Shown one piece after another: positions 60,130 through 64,000 of a stretch of 64,000 nucleotides of DNA (positions are counted from its first letter, which is position 1; each line of letters begins with the position of its first letter). The translations under genes were made by a program, and so were the position numbers. Source of the DNA: Mobula hypostoma. Its lineage: Eukaryota. The stretch covers positions 56,856,001 through 56,920,000 of the forward strand of contig NC_086108.1 in the NCBI RefSeq assembly GCF_963921235.1, read 5' to 3'. Under the pieces are notes generated by a model, which did no database searches, was not told where the DNA came from, and saw nothing but the letters and a program-made list of their open reading frames with translations.

Positions 60130-61865
60130 TGATGGGGGCAGAATAGGCTGCACAGAGGATGGACAAAGACTTCGAGGGGATATTGAAAAGGGCGTGACAT
60201 TGCAGTCGGAATATGATGTGGAACAATGCCATTCACTTCAGCAGATAAAATATAGAAAAGCAGGTTTTTTTAAAAATGGTTTGAGTTTGAAACGTATTGC
60301 TGCTCGGAGGGATCTGAGTGCCTTTGTATAAACGATCATAGAATGATTACTCTATGCAATAGGCTGTTTGCCACATCGAGTCTGTACTGGTTTGATGTAA
60401 GAACAATCCAGCTAGCCCCTCTTCCCAATGACATTTCAGAGGCTTTATACTTCCAGCTGATTCTGCTTACGTCACCTTAGATTCTGGAATGTGCTACCAC
60501 AGTAGTGTATGCTGTAAAAATATTTCCCTTATGTCACTTTTGGTGCTTTTGCCAATCATCTTCATTTAATGTCCCTTAGTTTTTGCCTATCTGCTCCATC
60601 TGTTGTGTCCCTTCAGAATTATACATAGCTCTATTACATTTTCTTGCATGATCCTCTGCTTCAACGATTACATCTCTAGATTTTCCAATACATCCACAGA
60701 ACTGAAGTCACCTCACCATTGTAATCAGTTTGATAAATATCTTTGGTAATCATTGCAAAGCCTTCTCCTTTCTACTGCAGTATGCACAATGCACAACAGC
60801 TGTGACTGAACCAGTTATAAACTTGCTTCTTTGCTCCTCTCTGCCTCTAATGAAGGATCTTCTATTTTTTTAAAATCAACTTTTACAAACTGGTCTATTT
60901 CAAAAATTTACCCACATATACTTCAAGATCTACTGACTCTTGTACCTTTCAGAATTGTGCCCTCTGCTTTAAGTTGGCTCTGTTCATTGTTGCTACCAAA
61001 ACGTAATACTTCAAATTTCTCATCTGCTTCTCATCCACCCATTAGACTAATCTGACTTTATTTCCCTGAAGTTTTCTACTATCATCCTCATTGCTCAGTA
61101 TGCGTGCAAACTTTCCATCATCTGTATTTATCCTGTACACCCAAATGCAGATCATTAATTAATATATAGAAAACTAATAGTCCTTGCATCAAGTTGCGGG
61201 GACTCTATTGTTCACTTCCTTCCAGTAATTGAATTAACCTTTCATTAATGTTCTATTTCCGGTTAGCTTGCTTAGTTTCTATCCATGCAGACACAGCTTC
61301 CATTATTCTAAGGCTTTCAATGTTGACATCTTTTCAAATGCTTATTTAAATCCACAAATACCACATCAACGATATTTCCCTCATTGACTCCTTTTTGTTT
61401 CTTATTTAGGGAGTTAATTGAGGGCTTATCAGATCAATTCCTGCAGCGGGACACTGTTGCACGATGAAAGATTAAGCAGGTTCTATGCTCTACAAAGTTT
61501 AGAAAAACTAGAAATAATCCAATCGAAAAATATGAAACTTGGCTTCAAAGGGCGGATGCAGGAACGATGTTTTCCCCTGACTTGAGGGACTAGAACCAGC
61601 AGTCATTCTGAAAATCAATGGCCAGCCACGCAAGACAAAGTTGGAAAAAATTCCTTCACCTGAAGAGTGATAAACTTTTTGAACTCTGGTCTGAACGGAC
61701 TGTGGAGATCAATATTTTTCCTTTAGATATTAAAGGAATAAAGAATTTTGAGGTTAGTATAATAAATTACCAGTGAGATAAAAGAGCATCTATAAACTTA
61801 TTGAATGGTGTGGCAGGTAGAAGGAGCAGAATGGTCTATAGCTGTTCCTATTTCTTATGTTCCTG
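60130..61865. mobile_element. Cluster of very old CR1-like fragments in both orientations
   Basis: Remnants such as EDGQRLRGDI, DLSAFV and FADD-like sequence on the minus strand, plus CR1 tails (CTATTTCTTATGTTC). Confidence 0.55.
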
Positions 61866-62559
61866 TTAATTGGTGCTACTATTTTAAGCTTTAAACTTGG
61901 AGCTTTCTATTAAAGACTGGCCTAGATATGTCTTTATTGCATTTTAATGGTGTGAAACTAGCATTGAATGTCTGTCTGTGAACCACAATTGCAAAGTTTA
62001 CTCAGCAGTGTCCCCTGTCCAAACTGTCTTTGTCAACTTCAATTGCTCTACTCCACGGAGCTTTGGCAAGATCTTGTACTTATTGGTATTATCCTTGCAG
62101 CTACAATTACAGAGTTAGTCCTTAAAGGGACACATTGCACTACAACCCGCTCTCCAATGAAATAGTACTGTGTAAAGAATGGCTGTTGTAGTGATGGGGG
62201 AGTGGTGTCAGTCTGAGAGTTCTCCAAGTGGTCAGAGGGATTTGGACAGACTGGTGAAGAATAGTTCCACAAAAGGCACGTCCTTGTTCAAAGGTCCAAG
62301 GAGACCCTCCTGGCTGTTTGTTCTGTGATAAGTCAGAATGTGTCTCTGACCGGCGAGGATGAAAATTGCATTGATGTTGCATTACTGCTAACATTGCCTG
62401 TGGAGTTTTATACTGGAAAAACAGGGCTCACACAAATGAAAGTCCCGCTGAAAGGTTCAGGGTCGAATTTCCCATTAGGTGCCATGGATCCACAAATAGG
62501 AACAAGATGCTTTGTTCTGGGTTAAAGCAGATTTCAACTGCATGACTTCGTTTAATGGG

Positions 62560-63470
62560 AAAATTCTAGAACACTCAGCAGGTCAGGCAGCATCTGTGGA
62601 AAAAAACAGAGTTAATGTTTCAGATTGAAGCCCCTGCGTTAAAACTGATATGGGTACTGGAACTAAAATATTATCTTTGTTTTTCTTCCTGCTCATGTTG
62701 CCTGATCTGCTGCGAGTGTCCAGCATTTTCTATTTTTAAAAACACAAGAAAATCTGCAGATGCTGTAAATCCAAAGCAAAACACACAAAATGCTGGAGGA
62801 ACTCAGGCTAGGGAGCATCAATGGAAAAGAGTAACCAGTCAAAGTTTTGGGTGAGACGTCGTCAGGACTGGAAAGAAATCATAATAAGAAGGTGGGGGAG
62901 GGGAGGAAGAAGTACAAGGTGGCAGGTGATAGGTAAAGCCGGGAGAAAGGGAGGGGTGAAATAAAGAGCTGGGAAAATGATTAGTGGAAGAGATAAAGGG
63001 CTGGAGAAGGGGGAATTTGATAGGAGAAAACAGAAGATCACGGAAGGAAGGGAAGTGGTAGGAACACCAAAGGGAGGTGATGGACAGGTAAGAAGGGAAG
63101 GCATGAGAGGGAAACAGGAATGAGGATTGGTAAAGGAGAGAGAAGGGACAATTGGCAGAAATTCAAGCCATTGATGTTCATACCATCAGGTTGCAGGCTA
63201 CCCAGAAGGAATATAAGGTGTTACTCCTCCAACCAGTGTGGCCTCATCCTGGCAGTAGAGGAGGTCATGGACTGACATTTTGAAATGGGAATGGGAAGTA
63301 GAATTGAAATGGGTGGCCACTGGGAAATCCCTCCTTTTGTGACAGACAGAGCAAAGGTGCTTGATGAAGTGGTCTCCCAAACTACATTGGTCGCACCGAT
63401 TTGCAGGAGGCCACACTGGGAGCACCAGATACAGATTTTCTGTTTTTATTTCAGGTTTCCAGCAGCTGCT
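62560..63470 (-). mobile_element. PLE-derived composite: small fold-back (about 62560-62730) plus a minus-strand PLE 3' fragment with degenerate hammerhead
   Basis: ORF LGDHFIKHLCSVCHKRRDFPVATHFN..CQDEATL; minus strand AGTCCTGACGACGTCTCACCCAAAACTTTGACT. Confidence 0.8.
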
Positions 63471-64000
63471 GTTTTTTAAAAATTCTTTTTCAGTTTGTGT
63501 GAAGGAATGCCTTAACACTTACTGGGTACCTTGTTTTTAAAGTCATGGCCCAGTAAAAGAGATAGGAAAGATTTTCTCCAGAACATAATAAAGGAAAACA
63601 GAAACCATTGGTTGTGATTTTCTACAAATTAATCAGTGAAATCTGTTTGTTTGCCCTGCTTGAAACAGAGAGAGTAAACAACCTTCACCTCTGCCTTTGC
63701 AACAATGACCCCAGGCTATTTTTATGTACTTTAAATGGCATTAAAGAATCAGGTTTATAGCAGGCCTCAGCTATGTTTTTGTAAGGATTATACACTGTTA
63801 CCATAAAAAGTCTGTCGCATGATGACATCTAACCCTCTGACATTTCAGTGCTGAGAAACAGGCAGCAGCTGTGGCTTAGTTTTAACATCCTGGAAAACTG
63901 CAAAGGGGCAAGGGGTGTGCTGGCTGGGATCAATTCTTCCTGATACTTGGTTCGAGAGTAAATATATCACCACAAGCCATGACATTAGAAAGAAAATATA

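Noticed and set aside
61960..62520. Unique-looking sequence with short ORFs upstream of SERBP1
   Set aside because: No recognisable protein similarity or splice-consistent exon; conservation cannot be judged from the sequence alone.

Overview
Vertebrate genomic DNA, most likely a cartilaginous fish (inferred from the CR1/Penelope/Tc1 repeat content; not verified). It holds the complete SERBP1 gene on the minus strand: ATG at 55721 in a CpG island, stop at 19746. I traced eight core coding exons plus an extra 42-nt in-frame exon, all with GT-AG sites and consistent phases, giving 383 aa with the extra exon and 369 aa without. The terminal coding exon of IL12RB2 lies on the plus strand (3920-4447), tail-to-tail with SERBP1 as in mammals. 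The rest is intronic or intergenic DNA dense in transposon relics: CR1 and L1/Tx1-like LINEs, Penelope-like (GIY-YIG) elements, Tc1/mariner, hAT-Charlie elements, a non-autonomous Helitron with both termini, and SINE-like repeats. The most notable signal is about 10 Penelope-derived segments carrying minimal hammerhead-ribozyme motifs. Two have intact cores (7336-7371 and 56137-56172), and the second sits just upstream of the SERBP1 promoter in the divergent sense. Several others are ~220-bp fold-back units with their own 14-16 bp target-site duplications. Candidate unannotated alternative SERBP1 exons and splice sites are also reported.
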